Virus record (IMG/VR): IMGVR_UViG_3300030332_001481
Coordinates: 131,486-195,485 of that record
Source: a virus
Taxonomy: Duplodnaviria > Heunggongvirae > Uroviricota > Caudoviricetes
Strand: one strand, 5' to 3'
DNA length: 64,000 nucleotides
Shown piece by piece: positions 18,201 to 27,370 of the stretch. Each line of letters opens with the position of its first letter. The stretch's first letter is position 1. A program made the position numbers and the translations under genes. The notes beneath the pieces were generated by a model. That model ran no database searches. It worked only from the letters and a program-made list of their open reading frames with translations, and was not told the DNA's origin.

Positions 18201-18499
18201 CAGCCCGCAACGACGTAGCGTACTCTCAGTCACAGATGGTAGCTCTGAAGCGTTACCTCAGCTCCCCTCCCCAGCAGCGCCCTGACCGTGCAAGTGCCCT
18301 GGCCATGCGGGCCCTGGCAGCTATCCATGGCCCGCCACCTGGCGGTGACTCTTCACGCAAGGCTATGCACTTCGCGAGAGCTACAGACGCTGTAAAGGCG
18401 CAGCACAAGAAAGAACGCCCACGAGCCACCCGCGTGTCGGTCGAAGATGGACCGGTGCTGTGGGCGAGTGTCAAGGGCAATAGCGACTGTGGAGGGTGA
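18197..18499 (+). CDS. basic hypothetical protein
   Basis: AAGGA SD, ATGA overlap. Confidence 0.6.
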   Translation: MTARNDVAYSQSQMVALKRYLSSPPQQRPDRASALAMRALAAIHGPPPGGDSSRKAMHFARATDAVKAQHKKERPRATRVSVEDGPVLWASVKGNSDCGG

Positions 18500-18500
18500 G

Positions 18501-18848
18501 ATGGGCATGACGTTGGACGGGTTGGCCAAGTTGGCCGAAGAGCTGGGGGAGTTGCAGCAGGTCGTGGGCAAGCGGCTGGCCTACTACACGACGGAGCAGC
18601 ACCCCGACGGCGGGCCGCCGCTTTCGGAGCGCCTTGAGGAGGAGATAGCGGACGTTATGGCGGCCTGTGATCTGGTCGTCGGATTGCACCGTCTCGACTC
18701 CTGGCGAGTGGAGGAGCGACGACGACGAAAGCTCGCGCAGTTCCACGAGTGGCACGCAGCGGCGTCGAACGATGTGCACGGCGTGATGCCGCCTCGGGGC
18801 CGGCTGCCCACCGAGGACCCCCGATCAAGGGCAGAGGAGGACGCGTGA
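18501..18848 (+). CDS. MazG-like NTP pyrophosphohydrolase
   Basis: KLAEELGELQQ...LEEEIADV (ExxE...ExxD). Confidence 0.75.
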   Translation: MGMTLDGLAKLAEELGELQQVVGKRLAYYTTEQHPDGGPPLSERLEEEIADVMAACDLVVGLHRLDSWRVEERRRRKLAQFHEWHAAASNDVHGVMPPRGRLPTEDPRSRAEEDA

Positions 18849-19309
18849 CTGACCTGTCCGACATTACCGCCGAGGACCTGCGGAGGTACCTGCGAGCGGA
18901 GGGGTGGACCGAGATGGGGCCGTCACCGTACGCCGTCGATGGCGACGTCGGGATCCGTCGGTGGGAGAGCGGCCCGGTCAAGCTCGACTTCTGCGGCGAG
19001 CCCGAGTGCGACCTCCGCGACCTAACCCGCTGGGAGGGCCGCCCCCTCTCCGCCGTCGCCGCCGACGTGCGCAGGCTGCGAGACGAGGCGCAGTGCCCCC
19101 GCACCATCGCGGACGGGCCGCACAGGCGGTGCGAGCACTGCCCGCCGGACGAGGCGCGCATCCCAGCGCTGCCGGTGGACCCGGACGTAGACGACGCCGT
19201 CGAGGCGCTGGTTCGGCAGCACGACCGCAGCGGCGAGGTGCGGCCCATCCCGGCAGACCGGCGGGAGCTGCGAGCCGCCCTCGACGCGCTGGAGGCCGAC
19301 CATGGATGA
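18845..19309 (+). CDS. hypothetical protein, mosaic paralogue of 6830..7228
   Basis: GAGGAGG SD before GTG; shared blocks A and B. Confidence 0.75.
   Translation: MTDLSDITAEDLRRYLRAEGWTEMGPSPYAVDGDVGIRRWESGPVKLDFCGEPECDLRDLTRWEGRPLSAVAADVRRLRDEAQCPRTIADGPHRRCEHCPPDEARIPALPVDPDVDDAVEALVRQHDRSGEVRPIPADRRELRAALDALEADHG
18860..18907 (+). repeat. 48-nt block A, copy 2
   Basis: matches 6845-6892. Confidence 0.95.
19034..19093 (+). repeat. 60-nt block B, copy 2
   Basis: identical to 6983-7042. Confidence 0.95.
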
Positions 19310-19383
19310 CCCGCTCGATCGAGAGCCCTCGGGACTGACCGCCAAGGGCAAGTGACAAAGGGCGTGTACCCGATCTAGGTGAC

Positions 19384-19401
19384 CCAACCCTGGCCATACT
19401 A
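19384..19401 (+). promoter_or_regulatory. repeat motif copy 6
   Basis: exact motif, AACCACC-rich leader follows. Confidence 0.8.
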
Positions 19402-19458
19402 GGTAGGGAGCCGGGGCACCAGCCCACCAAACCACCAACCGAGGAGCAACCAAACCAC

Positions 19459-19758
19459 ATGCTACTCTATAGCAACATGCGCCGCCTGTCCGATCTCACC
19501 ACCGAGGAGATGCTGCCGCCGGAGTACGAAGAGTTTCGGGAAGCGTTCATCAAGTGGGAGTCCGCCGAGCTTCGGTGGAAGGGAGTTTCACCGGAGCTTG
19601 CGAAGATGACCGCGGAGCAGCTGTTCACCGACGAAGAGAACTCCGAGACCCCCTTCGCCAAGCGGAACAACGCTGTCAAGTGCAACCGCACCATCCCCGC
19701 CAACGAACACCACGGACCCGAGAACTTGCCGGAAGTTCTTCAGTCCTTCGGTGCCTGA
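19459..19758 (+). CDS. hypothetical protein
   Basis: GAGGAG SD, first gene after motif. Confidence 0.75.
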   Translation: MLLYSNMRRLSDLTTEEMLPPEYEEFREAFIKWESAELRWKGVSPELAKMTAEQLFTDEENSETPFAKRNNAVKCNRTIPANEHHGPENLPEVLQSFGA

Positions 19759-19801
19759 TCTTTCCACCTAATCACTAATACACGAAACAAGGAGAACCAC
19801 C

Positions 19802-20191
19802 ATGAGCTACAACGTTTACATGATCTACCCCGAACTCAACATCGGCTACGCTCCCGGCGACCTGCTCGCTCAGGGCATGGTTCGAGCGGTCGAGATCAAG
19901 GTCGGTCAGGCCGACTCGGAGTACGAGGCGCGATGCCTGGCGCTCAACCTTGGGATCGCCAACCTGAAGGACCGTAAAGCTCGGCGGAACCGGAACGAGG
20001 ACGACACCTCGACGGTGATCGGGTTTGGTATCCGGTCCCGCTACACGCCGCCCAAGACCTCCCGTCGGCAGCACGAGAAGACGTACCAGTGGGAGATCTC
20101 CATGCAGGACATCGAGATCATGATCTACAACGAGGTGCAGCGCCGCAAGCGGGAGGGTATCCCGCTCGAAGGGACGAAGGGGAAGAAGTGA
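19802..20191 (+). CDS. hypothetical protein
   Basis: AAGGAGAACCACC-ATG leader. Confidence 0.75.
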   Translation: MSYNVYMIYPELNIGYAPGDLLAQGMVRAVEIKVGQADSEYEARCLALNLGIANLKDRKARRNRNEDDTSTVIGFGIRSRYTPPKTSRRQHEKTYQWEISMQDIEIMIYNEVQRRKREGIPLEGTKGKK

Positions 20192-20389
20192 ATGGTCTGT
20201 AAGCGATGCGGTGAAGACACCACCCACCTGATCGACTGTCTGTACTTTGGCGATGTCGAGGACTACCAGCGAGCCACTACCGAGGAATCTCGCTGCAAGG
20301 ACTGCGGTGCACCCCTCGGTGACGACCACTACATCGGTTGCCGCTGGCTGTTCGAGGTCACGGGCACACAGTGTCTAGATGATGATTGA
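20192..20389 (+). CDS. small Cys-rich Zn-finger protein
   Basis: two CxxC...HxxxC repeats. Confidence 0.6.
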   Translation: MVCKRCGEDTTHLIDCLYFGDVEDYQRATTEESRCKDCGAPLGDDHYIGCRWLFEVTGTQCLDDD

Positions 20390-20395
20390 GTTAGT

Positions 20396-20572
20396 ATGCA
20401 CGATTCAAGAATGGCCCACCTAACCCACGAAAGCTGCGTCCGTGAGGGTTACATCTTCGCCGAGATGCCAGCCGATTACGACCCAGCGCTAGTGACGTCC
20501 GAGGACTGCGCCCACGACGGTGCCATCCGCGTCCTTGGCGTCGAAGAAACCGAAGCTGAGATGGAGCGTTAA
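20396..20572 (+). CDS. small acidic hypothetical protein (58 aa, not in track)
   Basis: manual translation MHDSRMAHLTHESC...EMER*; fills the gap. Confidence 0.4.
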   Translation: MHDSRMAHLTHESCVREGYIFAEMPADYDPALVTSEDCAHDGAIRVLGVEETEAEMER

Positions 20573-20574
20573 AT

Positions 20575-20907
20575 GTGCCCTACAGAGACAGTGACATGAC
20601 CATCGAGAAAAAGCTTGAGCAGATCCACAACGACATTTCGGTCGACCTTACGAACTTACGGGCTGAAGTTCGTCACGCAAGAGCATTCAGCAAGGACAAG
20701 ATGCAGACTCGTGCAGTCGTTGTTAGTCTGCTCTTCCTCCTGATCTTCTCACTGGCCGGTCTCGGAACTTGCGCCCACTCACAGTGGCTGGACATCTCAA
20801 CCACCGAGGGCAGATGCTACACGGCATGTGGCGGGGATGTGGAAAGCGTCACCGAAGAAGAGTGTATCTGTCGCCAGAAAGCTCCCGAAACCAACGAAAC
20901 TCCCTAA
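20575..20907 (+). CDS. membrane-anchored Cys-containing protein
   Basis: TM segment AVVVSLLFLLIFSLAGLG, C-terminal Cys motif. Confidence 0.6.
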   Translation: MPYRDSDMTIEKKLEQIHNDISVDLTNLRAEVRHARAFSKDKMQTRAVVVSLLFLLIFSLAGLGTCAHSQWLDISTTEGRCYTACGGDVESVTEEECICRQKAPETNETP

Positions 20908-20950
20908 CAGCCTCAAGCTCTAGCCAAACAAACAGAAAGCAGGAAACACC

Positions 20951-22009
20951 TTGAGCATCCCCGCCATTCAGGAAGTCACGACCGCCTCCGTTCTCAAGTA
21001 CCTTCGGGAGATGGACGGTCCCTCCGGTACCTCGCCCAAGGGGCTGGGTCGTGTCATGAAGGCTCTCAAGACGGACAAGTACCGCTCGGTACCCTCTCTC
21101 GTCAAGCACTCCAATATCAGTGAGATCGTGGCTCGCGGTGCGGTGACGTTCCTGGTCGCGAACGGCCTGGCCGACTCGTACCGCGACACCAGCAGCCGTA
21201 GGTACGGTCGTCCCCCGACGTTGTACCGGCTGCGGAGCCGAGCGGTCATGGCCAGCGACCAGGTGCTGGCCGACGAGTTCGGCTGCCACCCGAACCTGGT
21301 TCGGTACTACCGAGCGGTTGTCGAGTTCGGCCCGGCGACCCTGCGTGAGCTGGACGAGCAGCTCCCGGGGCTCTCGTGGTACTCGGTCAAGATGCAGCTC
21401 CCCAAGCTTCGTGACATGAACGTGGTCTGCCAGAAGCAGACTCAGGGACACACGCATGTGTACTTCGTGGAGGAGCCCGAGTCTGCTCAGGAGCCCTCGA
21501 ACCTGGAGTTGGCGCAGGCGGCATCTCAGGGTCAGCTCACCCAGACGCAGCAGACTCAGCTGAACTCGATTCTTCCTCCGATCAGTACCTTCGCTGGAAA
21601 CTACGAGGGCACCGACCTGACCATGGTGGAAGAGACCGAGGAGCCCATCGAGATTCGTCCGCTCATCGAAGATGCGCAGCTTACCAAGGCCCTGATGACG
21701 CTGACGGGCATGGCGGAGGCGCACAGTAACGCGACCGTCAAGGCGGCTGAGATTCGCTCGGCGGGGCTCCTCCAGGTGGGCCAGGTGGTCGGCGGGGCTA
21801 TCTTGCAAGGTCTGACGAAGATCGCCAGCGCCATCGAGAGCACCGCAGCCGCGAAGCAGGATCGAGAGGAGGCTCACCCCGACGGGGTCAACGGGAACGA
21901 GACCCCTGCCGTAAAGGTGGCCTCGGACAGGGGTACTCTCCTCCCGCCTGGTGGGCGTACTCCCGGCCGCCACCCGGGCCGCAGCCGCAACGGCTCCTAC
22001 CGCTCCTAG
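20951..22009 (+). CDS. putative winged-helix DNA-binding protein
   Basis: GRPPTLYRL wing; FGPATLRELDEQL..SVKMQLPKL TrmB-like HTH; AGGAAACACC-TTG start. Confidence 0.55.
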   Translation: MSIPAIQEVTTASVLKYLREMDGPSGTSPKGLGRVMKALKTDKYRSVPSLVKHSNISEIVARGAVTFLVANGLADSYRDTSSRRYGRPPTLYRLRSRAVMASDQVLADEFGCHPNLVRYYRAVVEFGPATLRELDEQLPGLSWYSVKMQLPKLRDMNVVCQKQTQGHTHVYFVEEPESAQEPSNLELAQAASQGQLTQTQQTQLNSILPPISTFAGNYEGTDLTMVEETEEPIEIRPLIEDAQLTKALMTLTGMAEAHSNATVKAAEIRSAGLLQVGQVVGGAILQGLTKIASAIESTAAAKQDREEAHPDGVNGNETPAVKVASDRGTLLPPGGRTPGRHPGRSRNGSYRS

Positions 22010-22033
22010 TACAACAACCCAAGGGAACATGAA

Positions 22034-23311
22034 GTGCCCCGCAACCCGAACTCAGAAAACCCCACAGGGCTGAACCATACGACTGTAGGGGAGTTCTTTA
22101 CTGAGGACCAGTTGCGGGAGTTTCCCCCTGCCAAGTTCAGCTCCAATGTGGAGTCGGAGGCGGCAGGGGACATGTTCCCGTTTAACTCGTGGTTGGTGCA
22201 GCGGATCCAGTCACCCCTGCCTAACGGTGGGGCTCGTCGTCTTCGTCCCCACGCACCCCTAGAAGGAACCAAGTGGGAGGAGATCGCCGACTTCTGTACG
22301 CTGGACTACATGGGGGCTGCCGAGTTCGAGGGAACTACCATCCCCGCAGTTCTAGCCGATCTTGCCTCTGCCGGGGACGAAGGTGAGCTAGCAACCGCGT
22401 CGATGGTTGTGCTTCCCCACGTCTACCAGAACTCGGGTATCGCAGCACAGCATAACCCAGAAGTTCCCCCTCCTGGTTTCTTTCCTTCTAGCCCTTTCCG
22501 GTTTGATCTTACGTACCAGCGTGGAATCATGGTTCCACCCACGAGGCCCAAGCGCCTCTACGTGATTGCTCCGAAGGAAAGTATTCAACCGGCGGTGGAC
22601 CGCATCAACAGTATCGTGGCGGACCAGTTCGACATGAAGTGCGAGCCGCTCTGTTGGCTGGGTCTAGACCCGATCCACAAAGACGACGCGACTTACCGAG
22701 GCTGGTTTGAGTTGGACCACGGGTTCATGTTCTTCACTGACCACGGCATGTTCCAGAGCTTTGCGCAGCTGCTCGGCGCCACCAATGATTGTGATCACGC
22801 AGACCTCCCGGTCGAGCCGCAGTTTGAAAACCTGCGAGGCAGCAAGACAGAGATCAGCGACTTCATGGTGGCCAGGTCCATGACAGGCGAGCCCAAGGGT
22901 TTGTTGCACTGGTGGTGGACGCTGAAGGACCGCGCACAGATCGCTAACATGAACATCGAGGATACCCCAGGGTGGCCTGACAACCCGGATTGGGACTTCT
23001 ATCCTCAGGGGGTTCCAAAGAGAGACCTGGGTAGCTGGGATTCCACAGAGGGCCTGATGTCTCGATTCAATACCTATGGCACCAAGCCACGTGGCCGTAA
23101 CATTCAGAAGTTCGAGGCAACGAAGAGAAAGGTACTTGAGAGGGGCGCTACTAAGGCACACCAAGTGTGTTGTACTGTTTGCGGGTACTCCGCTATCAAG
23201 TCGGCCAACGGCTTGAGGAAGCACTACGATATGTTGCACCCCGGAATTCTGAAATCCCCCAGCCCCGTGTACGGATCTTCCGATCCCTTCCCTCTACCAA
23301 AGGTCGACTAG
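22034..23311 (+). CDS. hypothetical multidomain protein, C-terminal CxxC..H
   Basis: 425-aa ORF, AAGGGA SD. Confidence 0.7.
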   Translation: MPRNPNSENPTGLNHTTVGEFFTEDQLREFPPAKFSSNVESEAAGDMFPFNSWLVQRIQSPLPNGGARRLRPHAPLEGTKWEEIADFCTLDYMGAAEFEGTTIPAVLADLASAGDEGELATASMVVLPHVYQNSGIAAQHNPEVPPPGFFPSSPFRFDLTYQRGIMVPPTRPKRLYVIAPKESIQPAVDRINSIVADQFDMKCEPLCWLGLDPIHKDDATYRGWFELDHGFMFFTDHGMFQSFAQLLGATNDCDHADLPVEPQFENLRGSKTEISDFMVARSMTGEPKGLLHWWWTLKDRAQIANMNIEDTPGWPDNPDWDFYPQGVPKRDLGSWDSTEGLMSRFNTYGTKPRGRNIQKFEATKRKVLERGATKAHQVCCTVCGYSAIKSANGLRKHYDMLHPGILKSPSPVYGSSDPFPLPKVD

Positions 23312-23547
23312 TGTTTCATCTTCATGTGTCCTACAGTCTCGGCCACTACGAATGGGGCGAGCCTGATGTTCAGCTGGCCAGGGCGGTAGGACGAACCACC
23401 GACGCCTCTGGAACAGACTTCATGTCTCCGCAGCGGGACCTCACGTGGGACTTCGAAACCACGGAGGAACTGGAAGACGCCATCAAACGCGTCAACGCAC
23501 TGAACATGAACTTCCTCTCGATTTCATTCACAGAATCACAAGAGTAA
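23311..23547 (+). CDS. small hypothetical protein
   Basis: GTG 23311 overlapping upstream TAG. Confidence 0.55.
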   Translation: MFHLHVSYSLGHYEWGEPDVQLARAVGRTTDASGTDFMSPQRDLTWDFETTEELEDAIKRVNALNMNFLSISFTESQE

Positions 23548-23552
23548 AGTCA

Positions 23553-23987
23553 ATGACTATGCAGTACCCTCCTTTTCAGGACATGCCGTGGGCCCTGTGG
23601 CTCGACGACATTCGCAACCCAAGCGTTTACTTCGACGCTCTAGGGTACACGATGATCGAGGAGGTCAAGGACCTCCCGGTTCTGTGGGCCCGCGACGTGG
23701 AGCAGGCGGTTTACTTCGTCAAGTCTTTCGGGACTCCACAGTTCATGTGCCTCGACCATGACCTGGGTGTGCCTGCGTACTCCAACACCCCGGAGAAGAG
23801 TACCAAGTTCCTTGGTTGGCTCGCGAACTACGTCAACCTTGTAAAGCCCATTCCGTACCGCACACACTCGGACAACCCCGAAGGGTGTAAGAGCGTGGTG
23901 GCGTTTCTGGAGTCCTGGTACAAGTCTTCCCTGCTTCCAGGGAACGAGCACGCCTACCAGGCCCTAAAGAACGAGGAAGAAGAATGA
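23553..23987 (+). CDS. cyclic-phosphate-processing receiver-domain protein
   Basis: LWLDDIRNP, CLDHDLG, HSDNPEG motifs. Confidence 0.75.
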   Translation: MTMQYPPFQDMPWALWLDDIRNPSVYFDALGYTMIEEVKDLPVLWARDVEQAVYFVKSFGTPQFMCLDHDLGVPAYSNTPEKSTKFLGWLANYVNLVKPIPYRTHSDNPEGCKSVVAFLESWYKSSLLPGNEHAYQALKNEEEE

Positions 23988-24478
23988 CACAGAAGGAAGT
24001 GATCGCGCTGGCACTGATGCAAGCTGCGATTAGGAGGGTCAACACTATGGGGCTCTGTATTGATGTCGTTGATGCCGATAAAGACATCAAGCCCCAAGAC
24101 GTTAGAGTACAGAGGAGGACCAGTCGTGGGCCTGACTTGCCCGCCGGTGCGCGCAGCTGTCCTGCGTGCCTTCCTGAGGGGTGTGCTTACTGCGGCGGGC
24201 GCGGATGGCTCGAAGCCTCTTCGCCGCACTTCCCCGTTGATCCCACGACCTGGTCTATCGAGCACGAAGTCGAAGCGCTTCTACAATCCCTGGGCGGGTC
24301 GTTAGAGTTGGAGCGCAGCGAAACAACTCGTCGCAACGACACCGCTTGCGTCGTACAAGCCCTAGACAACGCCGTGGCCCACACGATCGAAAAGATCGCA
24401 CTGTATTATGAAGGGCAAACTGGCCTTACCTATCTCGGCCCCGAGATTCGACGTCGGTTTCTGTTTGGAGAGGAATGA
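23984..24478 (+). CDS. hypothetical protein with CxxC..CxxCGGRG Zn motif
   Basis: CPACLPEGCAYCGGRGW; ATGA overlap. Confidence 0.6.
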   Translation: MTQKEVIALALMQAAIRRVNTMGLCIDVVDADKDIKPQDVRVQRRTSRGPDLPAGARSCPACLPEGCAYCGGRGWLEASSPHFPVDPTTWSIEHEVEALLQSLGGSLELERSETTRRNDTACVVQALDNAVAHTIEKIALYYEGQTGLTYLGPEIRRRFLFGEE

Positions 24479-24520
24479 GTGCCAGCGCCTGGCTGGTCCA
24501 CCAACTACTCATGGATTACT

Positions 24521-24658
24521 ATGCACCTACTTCTATGCCTTTTTATCCTGTTCATGGCAGGTCTTGCCGCGGTCCTCATGCAGCAGGGTGAATTCACGGG
24601 CGATAACCACGAATCAGACGAAGATGACGAGCCAAACTGGCCTGTAGGGCCGGAGTAG
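24521..24658 (+). CDS. small membrane peptide (45 aa, not in track)
   Basis: MHLLLCLFILFMAGLAAVLM plus acidic tail. Confidence 0.4.
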   Translation: MHLLLCLFILFMAGLAAVLMQQGEFTGDNHESDEDDEPNWPVGPE

Positions 24659-24661
24659 AGG

Positions 24662-24676
24662 CAAGGTCTTTTAACA
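24662..24676 (+). repeat. second motif CAAGGTCTTTTAACA, copy a
   Basis: 15 nt identical to 59778-59792. Confidence 0.75.
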
Positions 24677-25158
24677 TGACGAACATCATTGACGAATTTA
24701 CGGTTGCCGTACGCACTGGTATTCAAGCCGTGGTGGCGGAGAAGATTGCCGCTACAGAACAGGCGCACAGGGAAGAACGAGAGAGACAAGGCTCCCTCGA
24801 ACGAGAGAGGCGTGAGCTTGCCCTGACCAGGAAGAGGAAGGCTGCACTGGAGTGGGCGAAGAATGAGCTACCAACCGTACTCAAAGCCCGCCTCCCCGTT
24901 CCTCTGGTTGTACAATCAGGGATTGTGCATTTCACACTTGAGGCGAGTACCCACCCTCTCAAACGGTCAGACTGGCCCCCGCATCTCAAACTAGAGCCTG
25001 TGGTTGAAGCTTTGAATCTCATCCCAGGGATCAAAGTTCTGGTCGCGGACGCCAGGAACGAATCTGGTAGAGATGCCAGTGAGTCCTGTAAATCGTACGT
25101 GATTAGATGTTCCCTTGATCTCAGAAGGCTAGGATTACGTGACGAAGTGGCTTTCTAG
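24676..25158 (+). CDS. hypothetical protein
   Basis: 160-aa ORF with coiled-coil N-half. Confidence 0.65.
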   Translation: MTNIIDEFTVAVRTGIQAVVAEKIAATEQAHREERERQGSLERERRELALTRKRKAALEWAKNELPTVLKARLPVPLVVQSGIVHFTLEASTHPLKRSDWPPHLKLEPVVEALNLIPGIKVLVADARNESGRDASESCKSYVIRCSLDLRRLGLRDEVAF

Positions 25159-25222
25159 CTGTGAGGAAGAAATCGAGCATATCTTAGCTCGCATCAAGCG
25201 CTAAAGTAGACTGGTATAGTGG

Positions 25223-25240
25223 TCAACCCTGGCCATACTA
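25223..25240 (+). promoter_or_regulatory. repeat motif copy 7
   Basis: TCAACCCTGGCCATACTA; G.U hairpin 25245-25274. Confidence 0.8.
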
Positions 25241-25310
25241 GATAGGGTCGGTGGGCTGCAAAGCTTGCCGGCCCTTTCTGCAATTCATCATTCAACTCAG
25301 GAGAACCACC

Positions 25311-25883
25311 ATGGGTCACTACATTTCCACTTCCGAGCTTCCGCCCTCCGTCTCCGCAGCCCTTGAGAGCGTCGGCTACGGCCGCAAGGACATCGAGGTC
25401 AAGGTCCAGGAGAAGATCTCCCTCAGCCCCACTTCGGGTGACGGTTTCAAGGGGTTCGTCGTCGCTTGCAAGCTCGACGGAAGCCGCGAGTTCTCGACCA
25501 CGTGGGGCAGCTGGGGCGGCACCAACATGTTCACGAAGACCGTGGACGATGCCTACCAGCTGATCGACGTGCCCGCCAACATGGGCTTCCTCGTCGGGCG
25601 GATCGGTGGCGGCAGGCCCACGTACGCCTCGCTGGTTGTTGGCCCCGCCAACATGAACCCGACTCTACTGCCTCCGCAGTCCGAGCTGACCGAGAAGGAG
25701 CGCTGGGCTCTAGGCGTCTTCAAGACGTACAAGAGTTCCTACCGTAAAGAGAAGCTCCGGGAGCGGGGCGTCACCGCGGAAGAGATCAAGAGTCTCGCCG
25801 ACCGGGGCTTTCTGAAGATCGCCAAGAACGGCGCCACTAGCATCACCACCGAGGGGAAGAACAACGCAGCACGCGTCTTCTGA
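25311..25883 (+). CDS. hypothetical protein, C-terminal wHTH-like segment
   Basis: CAGGAGAACCACC-ATG; EIKSLADRGFLKIAKNGATSITTEG. Confidence 0.75.
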   Translation: MGHYISTSELPPSVSAALESVGYGRKDIEVKVQEKISLSPTSGDGFKGFVVACKLDGSREFSTTWGSWGGTNMFTKTVDDAYQLIDVPANMGFLVGRIGGGRPTYASLVVGPANMNPTLLPPQSELTEKERWALGVFKTYKSSYRKEKLRERGVTAEEIKSLADRGFLKIAKNGATSITTEGKNNAARVF

Positions 25884-25888
25884 TACCT

Positions 25889-26458
25889 ATGGCAACTTGG
25901 TCCACATACGGAGTCAAGCCCAAGAGCTTGGCGTACAAGATCCTGGGCAACAAGATCGTCAAAGCGATCGCACACGACATGGGCACTGAGTACCGTGTCG
26001 TGTGGAAGCCCCCTTCTACCTACGAAGGACCCACGTGGGACGGAACCACATTACGCAATAGCTCTCATCCTGAGATATACGGTATACACGACGTGGCGCA
26101 CCTCATGGAGGCGCCCAAGTGTCGGCGTCACCTTCCCGAGTTTGGCCTGGGCACAGACCCCGGAGGGAGCTACCCCTATGAGTATGATGACTACCTCACC
26201 ATCGATCTCAAAAGAGCCGAGCGTGAAGAGTGGCGTGTCTGTGACCTGCACTGGGCGCTGGCTGCATACGTAGGTGGGTTAAGCCATGCGTCCTTGATTG
26301 AGGACCACCTCAACATGAATGAATCCCCTACCGTCACTGTTGAAGCTATCAATCGTATGCAGAAGTACGTAGATCGTGGCTGGCTCCCGGATAACTTCTT
26401 GGAGCGGGTCCTCAAAGTCCAAGCGAAAGAGCTAAAGAGGGACTCTTATGGGGGATAA
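25889..26458 (+). CDS. metal-binding protein, EpmC/YfcM-like motif
   Basis: IHDVAHLMEAPKCRRHLPEFG resembles HExAHW..A...RR.L.DFG. Confidence 0.4.
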   Translation: MATWSTYGVKPKSLAYKILGNKIVKAIAHDMGTEYRVVWKPPSTYEGPTWDGTTLRNSSHPEIYGIHDVAHLMEAPKCRRHLPEFGLGTDPGGSYPYEYDDYLTIDLKRAEREEWRVCDLHWALAAYVGGLSHASLIEDHLNMNESPTVTVEAINRMQKYVDRGWLPDNFLERVLKVQAKELKRDSYGG

Positions 26459-26701
26459 GACATAGTGGAATCACTCAGCTCTGCACTCGACTACTACCTG
26501 ATGATGTTGCGGGCGTTCCCCTTCCAGATCGGATGGCTGACCTGTACGTCCCCTCTCCTGATCTGGTTAGCGTGCGTTCTTGGGAGGCGTCTTTGGAGCT
26601 GGCTGTTCGACACTTACCGATAGATCTATCTTTCGTCCACACGTAAAGTCGCCTCAGAAATGAGTTATTTTGTAAGTAAGAATAACTGAAAGTAGGAAGT
26701 T

Positions 26702-27004
26702 TTGCTCGACTACATGAAGTGGACAGAGTTCAACTCTGTATGGCCGTGTAACCGGTGCGGTGAGCGGTCCTGCCAGGCTAAGAATCAGTGTGACGACTTC
26801 TTCCTGGACGTGGGCATCAAAGAAACCAGTGGTCACATCGACGCGATGTCGGAAGAGGAGTTCGTAGCACACAACTCCCTTCCCGCAGACATGCAAGATG
26901 CAGAGCGTATGATCATGTACAGAGCGGCGGCTCTTCTCCGGAAGTGGCGTGACGAGCCCACGTTTACCACTGCGCCCACTATCGTTCCACCCCCTACCAG
27001 GTAG
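26702..27004 (+). CDS. hypothetical Cys-containing protein
   Basis: AGGAAG before TTG. Confidence 0.55.
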   Translation: MLDYMKWTEFNSVWPCNRCGERSCQAKNQCDDFFLDVGIKETSGHIDAMSEEEFVAHNSLPADMQDAERMIMYRAAALLRKWRDEPTFTTAPTIVPPPTR

Positions 27005-27011
27005 CTGAGAC

Positions 27012-27335
27012 ATGCACTCGTGGCGGAAACCTCTCGACAAGTTCACTCTGCGGTACCTGATAGAGCGTATCACGGAAGACAGAGAGCTGCACCTGGCCAA
27101 CGCCAAGGAGGCCAAGGAGTACGGAGAGTCGGCTCACGAGAACTTCCTCATCCGTGCGGAGGAGTGCGCTCGCATCCTTCAGCAAATGAAGAAGCAGTAC
27201 GAGTCCCTGCGCTCTACCCCTCCGCCCCCTGTTCCGCCAGCTGCGGGTGACTCCTTCCGGCGCCCCGTGGCTCCTGACATCACGGAGGAGCCGCTTCGCC
27301 GCGCCACCTACAAGCGCAAGAACAGCTGGCCCTGA
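27012..27335 (+). CDS. hypothetical protein
   Basis: 107-aa ORF, helical N-half. Confidence 0.65.
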   Translation: MHSWRKPLDKFTLRYLIERITEDRELHLANAKEAKEYGESAHENFLIRAEECARILQQMKKQYESLRSTPPPPVPPAAGDSFRRPVAPDITEEPLRRATYKRKNSWP

Positions 27336-27370
27336 TCCTTCATTACCCCTCACCAAGCTGAGACAACCCA

